Of a stretch of DNA of 64,000 bases, positions 1 to 14,461 are shown piece after piece (within the stretch, counting starts at the first letter, position 1; each line of letters begins with the position of its first letter). This DNA comes from Octopus vulgaris (lineage: Eukaryota). The position numbers were made by a program, and so were the translations under genes. The stretch lies in contig OX597826.1 in NCBI GenBank assembly GCA_951406725.2, forward strand, positions 63,550,001 to 63,614,000, read 5' to 3'. The notes below the pieces were generated by a model. It ran no database searches, was not told where the DNA came from, and saw only the letters and a program-made list of their open reading frames with translations.

Positions 1-317
1 TTACACAAATGGCACCCATGCCCGTGGCATGTAAAAACACCATTACACTCTTGGAGTGGTTGGCGTTAGGAAGAGCATCTAGCTGTAGAAAACCATGCCA
101 AATCAAACTGGAGCCTGGTGCAGCTTTACAGCATGGCAGCCCAGTCAAACCGTCCAACCCATGCCAGCATGGACAATGGACATTAAATGCTGATGATGAT
201 GATGATTAGAGCATTAACATGTTAGGTGCAGATCATTTGTACTCTGGGAAACCTCCCACCCAAAATAATATTTTAAATAAAAGAAAGAATAACAGGACAA
301 CAGAAAACACACATACC

Positions 318-490
318 CTACTGTCACACTGTATATATGCATACTGTCACATTGGACAGTATGATATTGCTATTATATTGGATATATCCATACTGTCTCA
401 CTGTCTCATTGGACATACTGTCACACTGGACATCTGCATACTGTCATATTGGACATGCCCATACAATCACATCAAACATATCCATACTGT
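318..490. repeat. Degenerate ~23-bp minisatellite (catactgtcacattggacat-like)
   Basis: About 7 diverged tandem units. Confidence 0.65.
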
Positions 491-566
491 AGAAAATTTC
501 CAAAATTAAAAAGTAAAACAAAAAAAAGGCAACAAAAATTATAAACTAATCGCAAAAGTTTGTTAC

Positions 567-998
567 CTTCTTTGAAAAATGTTCAAAAGAATATGCACAA
601 CTACAATTTTGTACATTCCGGAATGGCTTCCAGTCAATAGCAACGGACGCTAATTCTTCATAGAGTTGAGCTTTTGTGAGGGGTTCTGAACTGCCAGTGA
701 CGCTTGTCAAGGACACTACACTGGATACTAGGCCGTCATCAATACCTGAACGAGACAACTGGGAACTGGATTCATCAAAGCCAGATTCAGTGTCACTCTT
801 ACCAGCAACGTGATTGTTTTCTGATTCAAAGGACTTGGTGAGGGTTAAGTTGGTACTGCTTAACTTATCTCCACCATTCTCTTCGGTAGGTTCTGTTAGT
901 AAAACACCGTCAAGAGAGTCCATAGACGAGAAACACTGTAGCTTACGCTGGATCACTTCCTCAGAAATACCCATTCGTTTGCAAAGGTCATTGATTCT
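567..998 (-). CDS. MTMR6: MTMR6/7/8 exon (432 bp): end of coiled coil, Ser-rich linker, start of FYVE ([22 protein letters not shown])
   Basis: Acceptor ttctttcag, donor AAG|gtaaca, phase 0/0; open for 144 codons. Confidence 0.88.
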
Positions 999-3900
999 CT
1001 GAAAGAAAGAATAAAAAGAATAAAAAAAATCTAAGTAAAGCACGGCAGTTCTCTATGAAATTTAAATTCAAATAATTATTTCAAATTTTGGCACAAGGCT
1101 GGAAATTTTGAGGGGAAGGGCCAATCAATGACATTGACCCCTGTGATCAACAGGTACTTTAAAAAAAATTTTTTTTTCTTACCTGGAAAAGATGAAAAAC
1201 AAAGCTGACAGAACTAGAATTCAGAATGTAAAAAGTTGGAAGAAATGCTGTTATCTTGACAGTTAAAGATACTGGCCCAAGGTGCTACATAGTAGGACCG
1301 AACCCTAAAGCATATAGTTGGGAAGCAAACATCTTTACCACACAGCCATGCTAGGACTACTTGTATGTCATGCCTGGCACACAAAAACATTGCTCCATAA
1401 CCACCTCACCCCCACTATTTTCAACAATAGCAATGTTTATGTAGGCAAAAATTCAACAAACTGTTACACAAAAGACCATATAAAAGCTATCGACTATTCA
1501 ACTGCCCAGAAGTACCTCTAGTACCCTTGGGCATGCTTGTAAAATAGAAAAACAGTGCAGCACCCACGACTTTCAGAAAAATATTTTTTTCACACTCAGA
1601 AATGTCAAAGCATGGAATAAACTACCCTTGTTGATGAAACAAAGAAAGATCCTTCTCGGGTGTTATAGATTCCTAGGGCTGGTTTCCCAGTTTCTGAGGC
1701 ATTGGCATATATATTCCCTGCTTGGAGGAGATGCCAGTCCATCACAGGATTATTCATTTTTGACAGCTGAGTGGACTGGAGCAACATGAAATGAAATGTT
1801 TTCTTCAAGAACACTATATGTCACCTGGCCCAGGAATCAAAATCACAATCTTAGGATCAAGAGTGGAGTCATGTGCTTCCACTCTTGTTGCATCCTTCAA
1901 AAATTCCAAGCTGCCCAAAATTCACCAACACTATCTCTGATGTGCCCATGTACCCTTTTCTCTCTATGGCTCTTTTGCTGTTCATTTTACTGTCTCCCTG
2001 TATTTAATTCTGTGTATTAAATATGTACTTTTGGCTATCATAGATGTCTGTTTTTACTTGACTTATTACTGCTTTCTATTCCCTTCTCTTACCCACTTCT
2101 AAGGAGGTGGTGGTGGTGGTGGTCGCTGCCACCGCCGTCATCATCATCATCATTAAATATCTTGCTTTTTGTCTTTTTACTTGTTTCAGTCACTGAACTG
2201 TGGCCATGCTGGAACACTGCCTTGACGGGGTTTTAGTCAAACGAATTGATTCTAATAATTATTTTTTAAGTCTGGGACTTACACTATCAGTCTGTTTATG
2301 CCAAACTGCCAAGTTATAGGGACGTAAACAAACCAACATTGGTTGTCAAGTAGTGGGAAAGGGACAAAGATAAACACATGCTATGCTTCCACACAGTTTC
2401 CATCTACCAAATTCACTCACAAGGTATTGGCCCAGGACTATGCCAGAAGACACTTGCCCAAGGGATGGAACCCAGAAGCACATGGTTGCAAAGTGAGTTT
2501 CTTAACTACAAAGCCCCATCTGTGTCAGGTATTTCATATCAAGTATTTTGTGAGCAATAGCATTGATTGAATAAATGAATGAATCAATCAATCATTGGCT
2601 TACAGCATTTCCAATGTCAATAATGACAAGACAATGTTTACGTAACTTGGATGCAATAAATACTACCCAATATTTTTGTTTGAAAGTACCTGTTATCCAG
2701 AAGTTAATTTTTATTGTGGAAAAATCTAATATTTGGTAAAATTTGTTCAAGGTGGAAGGCAAAAGAAAAGGAAGACTTCTGCCAAAGTCTAAAACACTTA
2801 CCATTTCCAGTAACCGTATATGGTCTTCAAGGGAGCTGCTGTGTTCTTTAGCTGTTGCCAATGTATCCATTATTTCTTCTCTAGGATGCACACCAGTGTC
2901 AAAGCGGTTATACATTCCTTTCCAAAACCTACAAAGAAAGTATAAGAATGAAGATTTGTTCTTATTATTAGATTGATATTAAAATTATGTGCTGAATTCT
3001 AACATTTTGGCAACAACTTTACTACATTACAATTTCATATGGAAAATATTGTTTCTGAATTTAACTCTTTAGCAATTAATCCAGCCATACATGGTCCAAA
3101 TATTCTTCCTGTTTCATGTTTGAACCAGACAGATCTGACCTCTCACATCTATCCTATAATGTCATTCTAAAAATAAGTAAATCACATCATCAAAATCTCT
3201 AAGCTACAAGATAATGCATAATAATAATTCAAAACAATGTGAATAAATAAGCATTATATTTGACAAAGTAATCTGAATACTAAAGGGTTAATAAAAAGAA
3301 AATTATTTATTCTTTTTATTCTTTTTATTTTGTTTCAGTCATTTGACTGTGGCCATGCTGGAGCACCGCTTTTAGTTGAGCAAATCGACCCCGGGACTTA
3401 TTCTTTGTAAGCCTAGCACTTATTCTATCGGTCTCTTTTGCCGAACCGCTAAGTAACGGGGAAGTAAACACACCAGCATCGGTTGTCAAGCGATGTTGGG
3501 AGGATGAACACACAAACACAAACATACACACATATATATCTATACATATATACGACGGGCTTCTTTCAGTCTCCGTCTACCAAATCCACTCACAAGGCTT
3601 TGGTCGGCCCAAGGCTATAGTAGAAGACACTTGCCCAAATTGCCATGCAGTGGGACTGAACCCGGAACCATGTAGCTGGTAAGCAAGCTACTTACCACAC
3701 AGCCACTATAAACTTTGTACATGAAATGAGTTTGAATAAATGAATAAAGCATACACCATAGATTGAATGCAATACTCCCTACCTCTGTACATGGACTGGA
3801 CCTAGTTCTGAATTTCTCTTCATCAACATTCCTACTGTGTTTCACATCTCAACGACAACACTAACTAATTTGGTCCAATCCTTTCTCTTTAAAACATCAT

Positions 3901-6465
3901 ACCACAGATAATCATTCCTCACTCCCTTACTAGCCATGTTGATTTGACCAGTCTTTGGGGCTTATATAGAGCATACACTGCCTCCCTCTTAATGAGAAAT
4001 CTCTGAAGACCTGCTACAAAAATTAGATATTGCTTCCCTCTTAATGAGCTTGATAAATTAAGTACCAGTTTCGCCCTGGGGTCGATGTAATCGACTTAAT
4101 CACTATGTCTGTCCTTGTTTGTCCCCTCTATGTTTAGCCCCTTGTGGGCAATAAAGAAATATGACAGATTAGACACTGCTTCCCTCTTAATGAGCAGTGT
4201 TTAGGAGATTGTGAAAATTATAGACATTGCTTCCTCCTCACAGACCAGTATCTGACAGCCTGTGAAGGGGATCTGACACAGCTTCTATCTTCTTCACTTT
4301 TGTAATTGGATGTAAAATCTTACTTCTTAACTGGAAGTTAAATATTTAAATAATTCGAGATAGTTACATCATATAATGGAAAATATATAATGAATAATAG
4401 CTAATAATATATACGCATGCGCAAAAGAAATAAACATAAATGGTAAAACCAGTATATGTTATACCAACAAAACGATACTCAGAACAAATGTATTTTGAGA
4501 GTGTAAAGTTATTCCCCTTCAATGTTCAATGGAAAAAGCCATTTCTCGACTCTAGTATATTTTATTCATAAGACACAAAGTTAGACATAGGAGTGGCTGT
4601 GTGGTAAGTAATTTGCTTACCAACCACATGATTCCGGGTTCAGTCCCACTGCGTGGCACCTTGGGCAAGTGTCTTCTACTATAGCCTCGGGCTCACCAAA
4701 GCCTTGTGAGTGGATTTGATAGGCGGAAACTGAAAGAAGCCCATTGTATATATATATATATATATATATATGTTTGAGTATCTGAGTTTGTCCCCCCAAC
4801 ATCGCTTGACAACTGATGCTGGGGTGTTTACATCCCCGTAACTTAGCGGTTTGGCAAAAAGAGACCGATAGAATAAGTACTAGGGTTACAAAGATTAAGT
4901 CCTGGGGTCGATTTGCTCAACTAAAAGGCGGTGCTCCAGCATGGTCACAGTCAAATGACTGAAACAAGTAACAGAGTAAAGTTGAATTCGTTTTTAATAG
5001 GTGGACACAGTCAACTAAATCTACCTCAGCGAAACTGGCCCTATGCTCCTTATAGAGTAATGTGGACTAACCATAATGCATGTTGATCCCTTTGTCCAAC
5101 ATTATAAATAGGGTTTTAGAAATAATTTACCCTGTCTAACCTGCGAGATCTAGTTTCTACTTCAAGCTGTCCAGCAAAACCAATAAAATTTGACACCCCA
5201 ATTGTAAGCACCAAAATCAATCTTAGAATGAGGAGACACCAAACTACTTACAGGGTGTTCAGTTCTGTAATTAGCTAATGTATGATGACGGGTGAAATAA
5301 GATAAAATGAAGCAGGACATAAACATACCTGAAGATTTGGGGGCAAGTGTTCGGGAAAAGCAACCCACTTGCTTTAGTTGCCATGTTATCCTTCTGGAAA
5401 ATGGGGTTGATGAAGTCGTTCATGTACTTATGGATGTAACCCCAGAGGGAGTGTGTTCTTTCTGACAACCTGTAGATAAAGAGAAGAGAAACAAAAAAAG
5501 AAAATTAAATCGAAATTTAGAGAAAAAAACATTCGACTGGAGGAGATATTGATGGTGGGAGAAACATTTAATGAGGGGTTTGCAAGCAATACAGTAAGGG
5601 GGTGAGATATGGTGAGGGTAATGATTTCAATAGAAAACTACACTGCTTTTATTGTTGTGTTAATATATCAATTTAGATAATGGATTGTACAGAAATAGTA
5701 GACAACCATAAAAACAAAAAAAACAAATGTTCTCTTTCTCTCTTTCCACCCTCTCTCCAACTCCCTCCCTTCTCTGTTTACTGAGTTCAAACCTTATCAA
5801 ATTTGACTTTACCTTTCAATAAGGGAGTTTCAATGAATTAATTGAATACAATACCCTCTACCTCTGTACATGGACTGGACCTAGTTCGAAATTTCTCTTC
5901 ATCAACATTCCTACTGTGTCTCACATCTCAACGACAACACTAACTAATTTGGTCCAATCCTTTCTCTTTAAAACATCATACTCCCTTACTAGCCATGTTG
6001 ATTTGACCAGTCTTTGAGACTTGTACAGAGCACACCACTGCCTCCCTCTGCAATAGCAGTCAAATCTCCTTGAAACTACATCCTACCATCATGAAAAAGG
6101 CAAGATACATATTACTGAAGGTGGTGAACTGGGAGAATTGTTAGCACACCGAGTTCAAATTCTGCTGAGGTTGACTTAACCTTTCATCCTTTTGAGGTCA
6201 ACAAAATAAGTACCAGTTGAGGGTCAACGTAACTGACTTACCACCTCCCCCGGACTTGCTGGCCTTGAGCCAAAATTCGAAACCATCATTATTATTATTA
6301 TTTGTCTGTCTTTACATTCTCTGAGTTCAAATTGTGTTAAAGTCACCTTAGTCTTTCATCCTTTCGAGGTTGATAAAGTAAGTACCAGTCATATACTGGG
6401 GTAGATGAGATCGACTTCCCACCTCCCCCAAAATTTCAGGCCTTGTGCTTTTACTAGAAAGAAGG

Positions 6466-6510
<45 letters not shown>

Positions 6511-6547
6511 GTCATTATTATTATTATTGTCTTTATTATTATTGTTG

Positions 6548-6579
<32 letters not shown>

Positions 6580-9500
6580 GTTATTGTTATTATTATTATT
6601 AAGGTGGCAAGCTGGCAGGACTGTTAACATGCTGGAAAAATGCTTAGCAGCATTTCGTCCATCTTTACATTCTGAATGTGAATTCTCGCAGGGTCAATGA
6701 GTACAGGTTAAGTACCGAGGTCAAAGTAGTCAACCTCCACCTCCCCTCAAAAAAGCTAGCCATGTGCCAGCCAAAATTTGAAATCATCGTTGCTGCCACC
6801 ACCATCACTACCATCATTGACTTTGCCTTTCATCTTTTAAGGGTTGATAAAATGGTACCAGTCAATTGATTATAGCCCCTACCTGCAAAAATAACCGGAA
6901 TTGATTATATACCCTACCTGCAAAAATAACTGGGTTCGGTTATATCCCCTACTTTGTACCTATATTAGAAACAATTATTATTATTATTATTACTGTTATT
7001 ATTACCAAAGATGTTTTAATGAACCAATGAAGAAGGTTATATGTGTTTGCTTAACCCCTTTTTATAAAAAAGAGAGACACATATCCAGTTCTAGATAAAT
7101 TATGTCTGATGGAAGTAGATAAAGAAACAAGATGACTGCCACTACAGCATCTTTGATTCCAGTGCCAAACTGGGTACAATGACAACAATATTAAGTTATT
7201 CATACCTTAGATCAATACGATCCTTCTCACAGTTTCCAATAAAGGTACCATATTGACATGAGAAAACATGATCGTGAAGAACCAGCAGGAAACGTTCGTT
7301 GAATTGAAAAGCACAGGGGTACTGGTGGGTCATCTGCCATACTGCGTCAATGAATTGTGTGAACACCGGGGAAACTTCTTTAGGGTCCACTGTGCCCAGA
7401 AAACCACATCGGTCTGTAAACTTATGTCCAAAAGCCAGCCATTCTTTTTCAATAAGGTCCTGAAATAGAATTAGAATTGTAATGTATCATGCAATGATTT
7501 TTAGGGTTTAAAACAGCCAAATAACTGATGAGTTGTAGTGCACCTGAGCACTGTACACAATTATTATTATTATTATATAAAATAATACAATTATAATTCC
7601 TGATAACAGACAATTGACAATAATGAGTTGATTATAATTTTGAAGCATACCAAAGTTGACAGATTGTGTTATAGAAAGACAGAGCTATATTAGTACACAT
7701 TGTGATAGTGCAACTGTTAGGAGGCCACCAATCTAAAGATGAGATATTTATAAAGCCCATAAACAGGCAGTTTTTAAGAAGGCGTGCGTGTGTTTTTGTT
7801 TCAAGTAACAAAATAAAAATGCTTTTTTTTTTTTTAATGATGTGGAGCAGATGTTGACTCACCTGAAATCCTTTTAATGTTCTATAGTAAGGGTCCAACA
7901 TGAGAGAAGCCAAAGAACATGTTTGAGCTGTGCGGTCCCAACCATCTGAACAGTGTACAAGGACACTGACACCTTCAGAGACAGCCTTAAAAAAATATAA
8001 CAGGGAAAAGATGATTAAACTGATAGGAACAAATCAATTACACACACCTCACAACACACACATGTACACTTCAACAAGCAAATACACACACATCTGACCA
8101 CACACATACACACTTCACCACACATGCACTCATACCTCACCATGCACATACATACATCTTACCATACACACACACACACCCTGCCACACACTTTGCCACA
8201 TACATACACATACCTCACCATAGGTTTACGCATCTCACTACACACACACACACCTCTCACTGCATACTCTCTTTTACTTGTTTCAGTCATTTGACTGTGG
8301 CCATGTGAGCACCGCCTTTAGTCAAGCAAATCGACCCCAGGACTTATTCTTTGTAAGCCTAGTACTTACTCTATCGGTGTCTTTTGCTGAACCGCTAAGT
8401 TATGGGGACATAAACACACCAGCATCAGTTGTCAAGTGATGTTGGGGAGACAAACACAGACACATAAACACATACATACATATATATATATATACATATA
8501 AACGATGGGCTTCTTTCAGTTTCCGTCTACCAAATCCACTCACAAGGCTTTGGTCAGCCCGAGGCTATAGTACAAGACACTTGCCCAAGGTGCCACGCAG
8601 TGGGATTGAACCCGGAACCATGTGGTAGGTAAGCAAGCTACTTACCACACAGCCACTCCTACGCCTGTGCATATACATGCCTTTATTGTTGCCAATGTCT
8701 CTATAACTCCATTTTTAGTGGAGAAAGTACAGCCAGAGAAATTTCTATTGCTAATATCTATACAGCCTTTGCTAATCTGTATAGTTCTACTTTAATTTAA
8801 CCCTTTAGCATTCAGTTTAATCCACCAAATGCAATGCTTATGCATTCACATTGTTTTTAACTAACCATGCATTAGCTCATAGCTTTGTGCTTTCGATGAT
8901 GTGATTGTTAATTTTTAGAATTACACTGTAGGGTAGATTTGAGAAGCTAGATCTGGCCAGTTTGAACATAAGACAGGCAGAATATTTGAGCCAGATATGG
9001 CCAGTTTAAATGCTAAAGAGTTAAATAGAGCAAAAGCAGTTAAAATCAGAGTAAGTAAATATTAGCCTTGGCACCTGTGCAGGTGGCACGTAAAAAGCAC
9101 CCACTACACTCACGGAGTGGTTGGCGTTAGGAAGGGCATCCAGCTGTAGAAACACTGCCAGATTAGACTGGGCCTGGCGCAGCCTACTGGCTCCCCAGAC
9201 CCCAGTTGAACTGTCCAACCCATGCTAGCATGGAAAACGGACGTTAAACGATGATGATGATGATGAAGACACACAGAAAAGAAATTATAAAATACAGAGA
9301 GTGGATTTGCTGTATGAATCCCAAACTTGAATTAATGGCATTAGGAAGAAGGTAGAGGAATCATTTTCTTGAATACTTCACAACAGAGACATCTAATAGC
9401 TGAGTGTGACTGCAATGTAACATACAGCCGAACACCAATATATCATAAATCTTTTATCTTTTAATAGTTTTAGTCATTGGACTGCAGTCATGTCGCAGTG

Positions 9501-12131
9501 GTAACCATAGAAAGCATGCCAAATCAGACTGGAGTCTGGTGCATCCTGCCAGCTTGCCAGCTCTGGTCACACCATCCAACCATTGCCAGCATGGACAATG
9601 GACGTTAAGTGATGATGATGATGAAGTTGACTACAGTACTTACTTATTTAAGTCTGGTACTTATTCTATCAGTCTCTTTTGCTAAAATGCTACATTACGG
9701 GACATAAATAAACCAACACTTGTTGTCAAATAGTGGTGGGGATACAAACACACACACATGACAGGCTCTGATAGTTTCTGTCTACCAAATTCACTCACAA
9801 AGCACTTGTCAGCCTGAGGCTAAAGTAAAAAGGTGCTCAGTGAGACGGAACCCAAAAAGCATGTGGTCGCAATGCAAGCTTCTTCTTAACCACAGCTCAA
9901 ACCAACAACAACAACAACAACAAAAATAGAAAAAACAGATTTACTTTAGCAATGAAAACTGAAGTCTCCATGACAGCTCGCACATGCTTTAACCAGCCAC
10001 TGCTCTCCAGACCTGATAGGAATGCAGACATGGAAGGATTCTTCAACTCACAGACTGAAAAATGGAAAAAGTAAAAATAAAGGAAAACCATAACAAAGAA
10101 TTAATAAATACAAAAAAAAAGATACAAAAAAGATACAATAATAAAACGAGAAAAAAAATGCAGCAAATGACAGAAGCTGACTTGCATATAATTAGTTTGG
10201 TTTACTTTTGGTCTGAAGAAGAGAATTTTGTGAGAAACAGTTAATAAAACATTTATATGAAATAAGTAGGCTTTAGTATAACCAATAGGTACTAAATCAT
10301 TCAGCGAATACTCATTCAAAGTAAACAGAGATAATAATTTCTTTTGTCTTGGCACACAAGACTCTTGTTTTCATTGATTTTGTCCTTCTAAGTGGTATAT
10401 TATTGGCATATTGATTCCTTCCTTGGACACAAGGCCAAATTTCATTCAAGTAGGGCATTATAGATAACTGGATCAGCTCCAGCATATGACACACACACCT
10501 ACATTAATTCCTCTGAGGTAAGATAAAAATTTTGAAAAGATACAACAGAGACAACTGCACAATCCATCTCAGTATTTTACTGAGACGTATATTATCTCCT
10601 TTGAAGGGGGCAAGTAACAGTGACATTTGAACTCAGAGATAAAACTTCATAATGTAAGACATTTAGTTTGATTCTTTATTGTGTTTGCCAACTCATTGTT
10701 TTGTGGTAAGTAGCTTGCTTACCAGCCACATGGTTCCGGGTTCAGTCCCACTGCGTGGCATCTTGGGCAAGTGTCTTCTACTATAGCCTCGGGCTGACCA
10801 AAGCCTTTTGAGTGGATTTGGTAGGCGGAAACTGAATGAAGCCCGTCGTATATATATGTTTGTGTGTCTGTGTTTGTCCCCCCAACATCGCTTGACAACC
10901 GATGCTGGTGTGTTTATGTCCCCGTAACTTAGCGGTTTGGCAAAAGAGACCGATAGAATAAGTACTAGGCTTCCAAAGAAGAAGTCCTGAAGTCGAGTTG
11001 CTTGACTAAAGGTGGTGCTCCAGCATGGCCGCAGTCAAATGACTGAAACAAGTAAAGGAGCAATCTGAGGAAGATGACGTCATTCTTGACCCAAGCAAGA
11101 TTTGAACATGTAGATGTAAAACAGCAAATCAACATGCTTTAGCTCATTGTCTTACAATAAAAAAAACAAGTAAAGTAAGTCCACAGACATTATTGTCTTG
11201 AGTCTTAGGACTCTTAGGGCCAGTTACCTGGTTTCCATAACATATAAGTGACTGGATTCACAACATTTGCACCTGAATGGGACACAACTCCATTGCAGGG
11301 CTGCTCATTTACAGCTGAATGGACTGGAGCAATGCAATATGAAATGAAGTATTTTGCTCAAGAACACAACACATCACTCAGTCTGGAAATAGGAAACCGT
11401 GATTTTTGCAATCATGAGTGCAACATCTTAACCACTAAGCCATGCACTTTCACTGTCTTACAGCACATATGTTATTAATTTTTATACTCTTAGGAGGATG
11501 ATGTCATGTTTGACCACACCAACAATTTGAGCTTGTAAATGTAAGACATCAAATCATCTCTAAGTCAATGACCAAGCCTATACCCTTGGCAGCACCTGTA
11601 AAACCTTCTTCAGGTTAATTGAAAATTATTGCTGACTGTTTGTGGCTAAGCTTTATTTTAATACAATGAATACAAGTTTAATCCTTTGCCTGTCCTGTGT
11701 ATCGCATGTGAGACACAGGACATATTTGCCTATCATCCATGCATCATATACAATACACAAGTAACTTGGTGCTTATGAAAGGATGTTTTATCTTACTCAG
11801 AGCATATGAAACAAGGGTTAACTAAAAATCTGGAAACAAGCATGTTAGTGTAAGACAAACTTAGGAAAATACTTTGGAACAAAGGGTTAAAGATGTGAAT
11901 TATTGACCCTTGTGAACACTGGTTCAAATTTCATAACAGCCATTGTGCAATATATATCTCAAAATGTAAAGTATTTAATTTTGCTTGCTTTATTTTGTTT
12001 ATCAGACTAACAAAACAGCCCTAGTCCAACTTCATTGTTAAATGGTTAGCAGTAGGAAGATTATCAAACTATTGTCTGGAAGAGCATTTCATTCTAGTTA
12101 ACCTCAATATATATATGTATATAAAACACAC

Positions 12132-12168
<37 letters not shown>

Positions 12169-14420
12169 GTCGTCGTCGTCATCATCATCCCGTTTTCCAT
12201 GCTAGCATGGGTTGGATGGTTTGACCAGGGTTTGGGAAGCCAGGAGGCTGCACCAGGCTCCAGTCTGATCTGGCAGCGTTTCTACAGCTGGATGCCCTTC
12301 CTAACACCAACCACACCGTGAATGTAGTGGGTGCTTTTTACGTGCCACCGGCACAGGTGCCAGGGGAGGCTGGCAATGGCCACAATCGGTTGGTGGTTTT
12401 TATGTAACACCAACATGGAAGCCAGTCAAGGCGGCGCTTGACAAATACAGAAAAAGATGTTCGGTTATTTGTTACTGATGTGAGCTCAAAATGTGATTCA
12501 GTGGAGTGTAGCAGATGAGTGACACTACATATGAGTCAATGCTTTATCTGTTGCCAGAGTGAACTTAAAATGTGGATCAGCAGAGAGGAGTAGTTGAGTG
12601 ACACTTTGAGTTAAGATATCTATTGCTAGTATGAACTCAAAATGTGGATCACAGGGACATAGTGAATGATTGACTCAGCTAATTTCAGTAGCAAGTTAAT
12701 AAGTGGTTTTTTTTAATTAACTTAACCCTTTTGTTACTATGCATCTGTTGAAATACACTGCCTCTATTTTGATTAATCTTAAAAATAATCTTGTCCTTTT
12801 TAATCTGGTGTTTGGAACAAGAGGCTTAACCACAGATGTTCTATATAAAAGTAAACAAAGGTTATTCAATGAAAAGGATCGATCAGCAAAGTTGAAGATC
12901 AATATTCAAATTGAATTGAAATTTAATTTAGGGATTGCTCAAAATTGAACAGTAAATAACTGTTGTTGTCATTATTTAGCCCGGGGTCAATCCCAACTGA
13001 AGGGACCTATAATCAAAGATGCTTTAGCCCAGCCTTTCCTCAAAGCATTGCTTATATAGAGGTTCATTACCCAATACATTCCTCCTTTGATAGAATCTTA
13101 ACTGCTATTTCTACCAGGTTAAGTAACCACAAAAAAATTTCCTTGTTAGATTTTGAGAATTCAAGTTATAAATTGGAGATGCAAATAGGATGATTAAAGG
13201 GGAAAAAAATTCCAAAAGTGAGCAAATAGTGAGAACTGAACCCATGTTTCCTTATTGATATCATAGTGCTTTAAATGTGATTAAAAAAATCAATACATTG
13301 GTACTATCGACAAATCAGAAAGAAGATCAATGCATTGGGATAATCACCAAACCAAAAAATCAATATGTTGGTACTATCAACAAGCAGGCAATCAATCCAT
13401 TTGCATCATAAACAACAAGATCAATATATTCGCACCATCATCAAATAAATCAATAGAAACAAGCAAATAAGAGAGTTTCTACATAGTTGCTAGAGCTGCT
13501 AGAAATAACAGCCAAATATCACTTATGCTACACACTATCACCTTAAAAATGACACATTGGGTAAAGTAATCTGGATTATGTTGTCTGAAAAAATATAGGA
13601 TGGCCATGGGTGGAATATCTTTGATTAAGGTATCCTTTATCGAGGCTTACCTGGGGTTAAACAACATCAAGAAAATTAGTACCAACATCATTCAGAAGAT
13701 CGATAGAATTGGATCAATATAGTTCAGTTAAAGTGAAAATATATTTCCAGACACAGACAGCTACAAGGTTAAAAGTTTATTTCTTACTGACGGTGTCATG
13801 TTGAAATCTTGGGTAACGTACTTAACTTGTCTAATTATAAATTGAACAGTAGAAATTTATATAAGACATCACGAAGCATCAATCCAAAACAGAAAAGTGC
13901 AATCCCATGAAATGATGATTAACAAATAGCTGGGACCCGAACAGATGCTACTATGAAAGGTTAGATTAGACCTGGGATCAATAATGACTGAGAGGTGGTC
14001 CCTCAAACCCCCAAACCCTGGAACTACCAGATGAAGTTTAAAGTCACACCTAGGACATAGACATATATATACCATAAATCCTCGAGTATAATACGCAGGG
14101 GATTTTTAGGGGGCTGTACCTATGAAAAACTTAAACCTTGTGTATAATACGCACCCCTTCTCTAACTTGAGTCGTGCATAATTAAGCCAGCAGCACCTAG
14201 TCGAACAAATACTTCCGCATATGCATAATACAATAATGGTGATGTTCTTAACTGTTATATGGGAATGTAAATATGTTTGCAAATTGCTTTTGTTACATGT
14301 TATTCTGTGTTCTGAATACTTTAATTTTAATAAATGGTGCTTACTGCAAGTTATGGATGATTCTTTTATGACTTCATTGCTTTCAGGCCTAGCTTAAGGT
14401 ATTTTCACGACCGACATCAC

Positions 14421-14461
<41 letters not shown>

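Noticed and set aside
4583-4660. tRNA-like sequences with A and B boxes
   Set aside because: They are SINE heads continuing into SINE bodies; no complete cloverleaf, so not called as tRNA genes
6405-6700. Poly-Tyr, poly-Ile and poly-Leu ORFs (also poly-Val at 55759, HT/CV-repeat ORFs, 60629-61207)
   Set aside because: Translations of microsatellites and low-complexity DNA, with no splice or domain support
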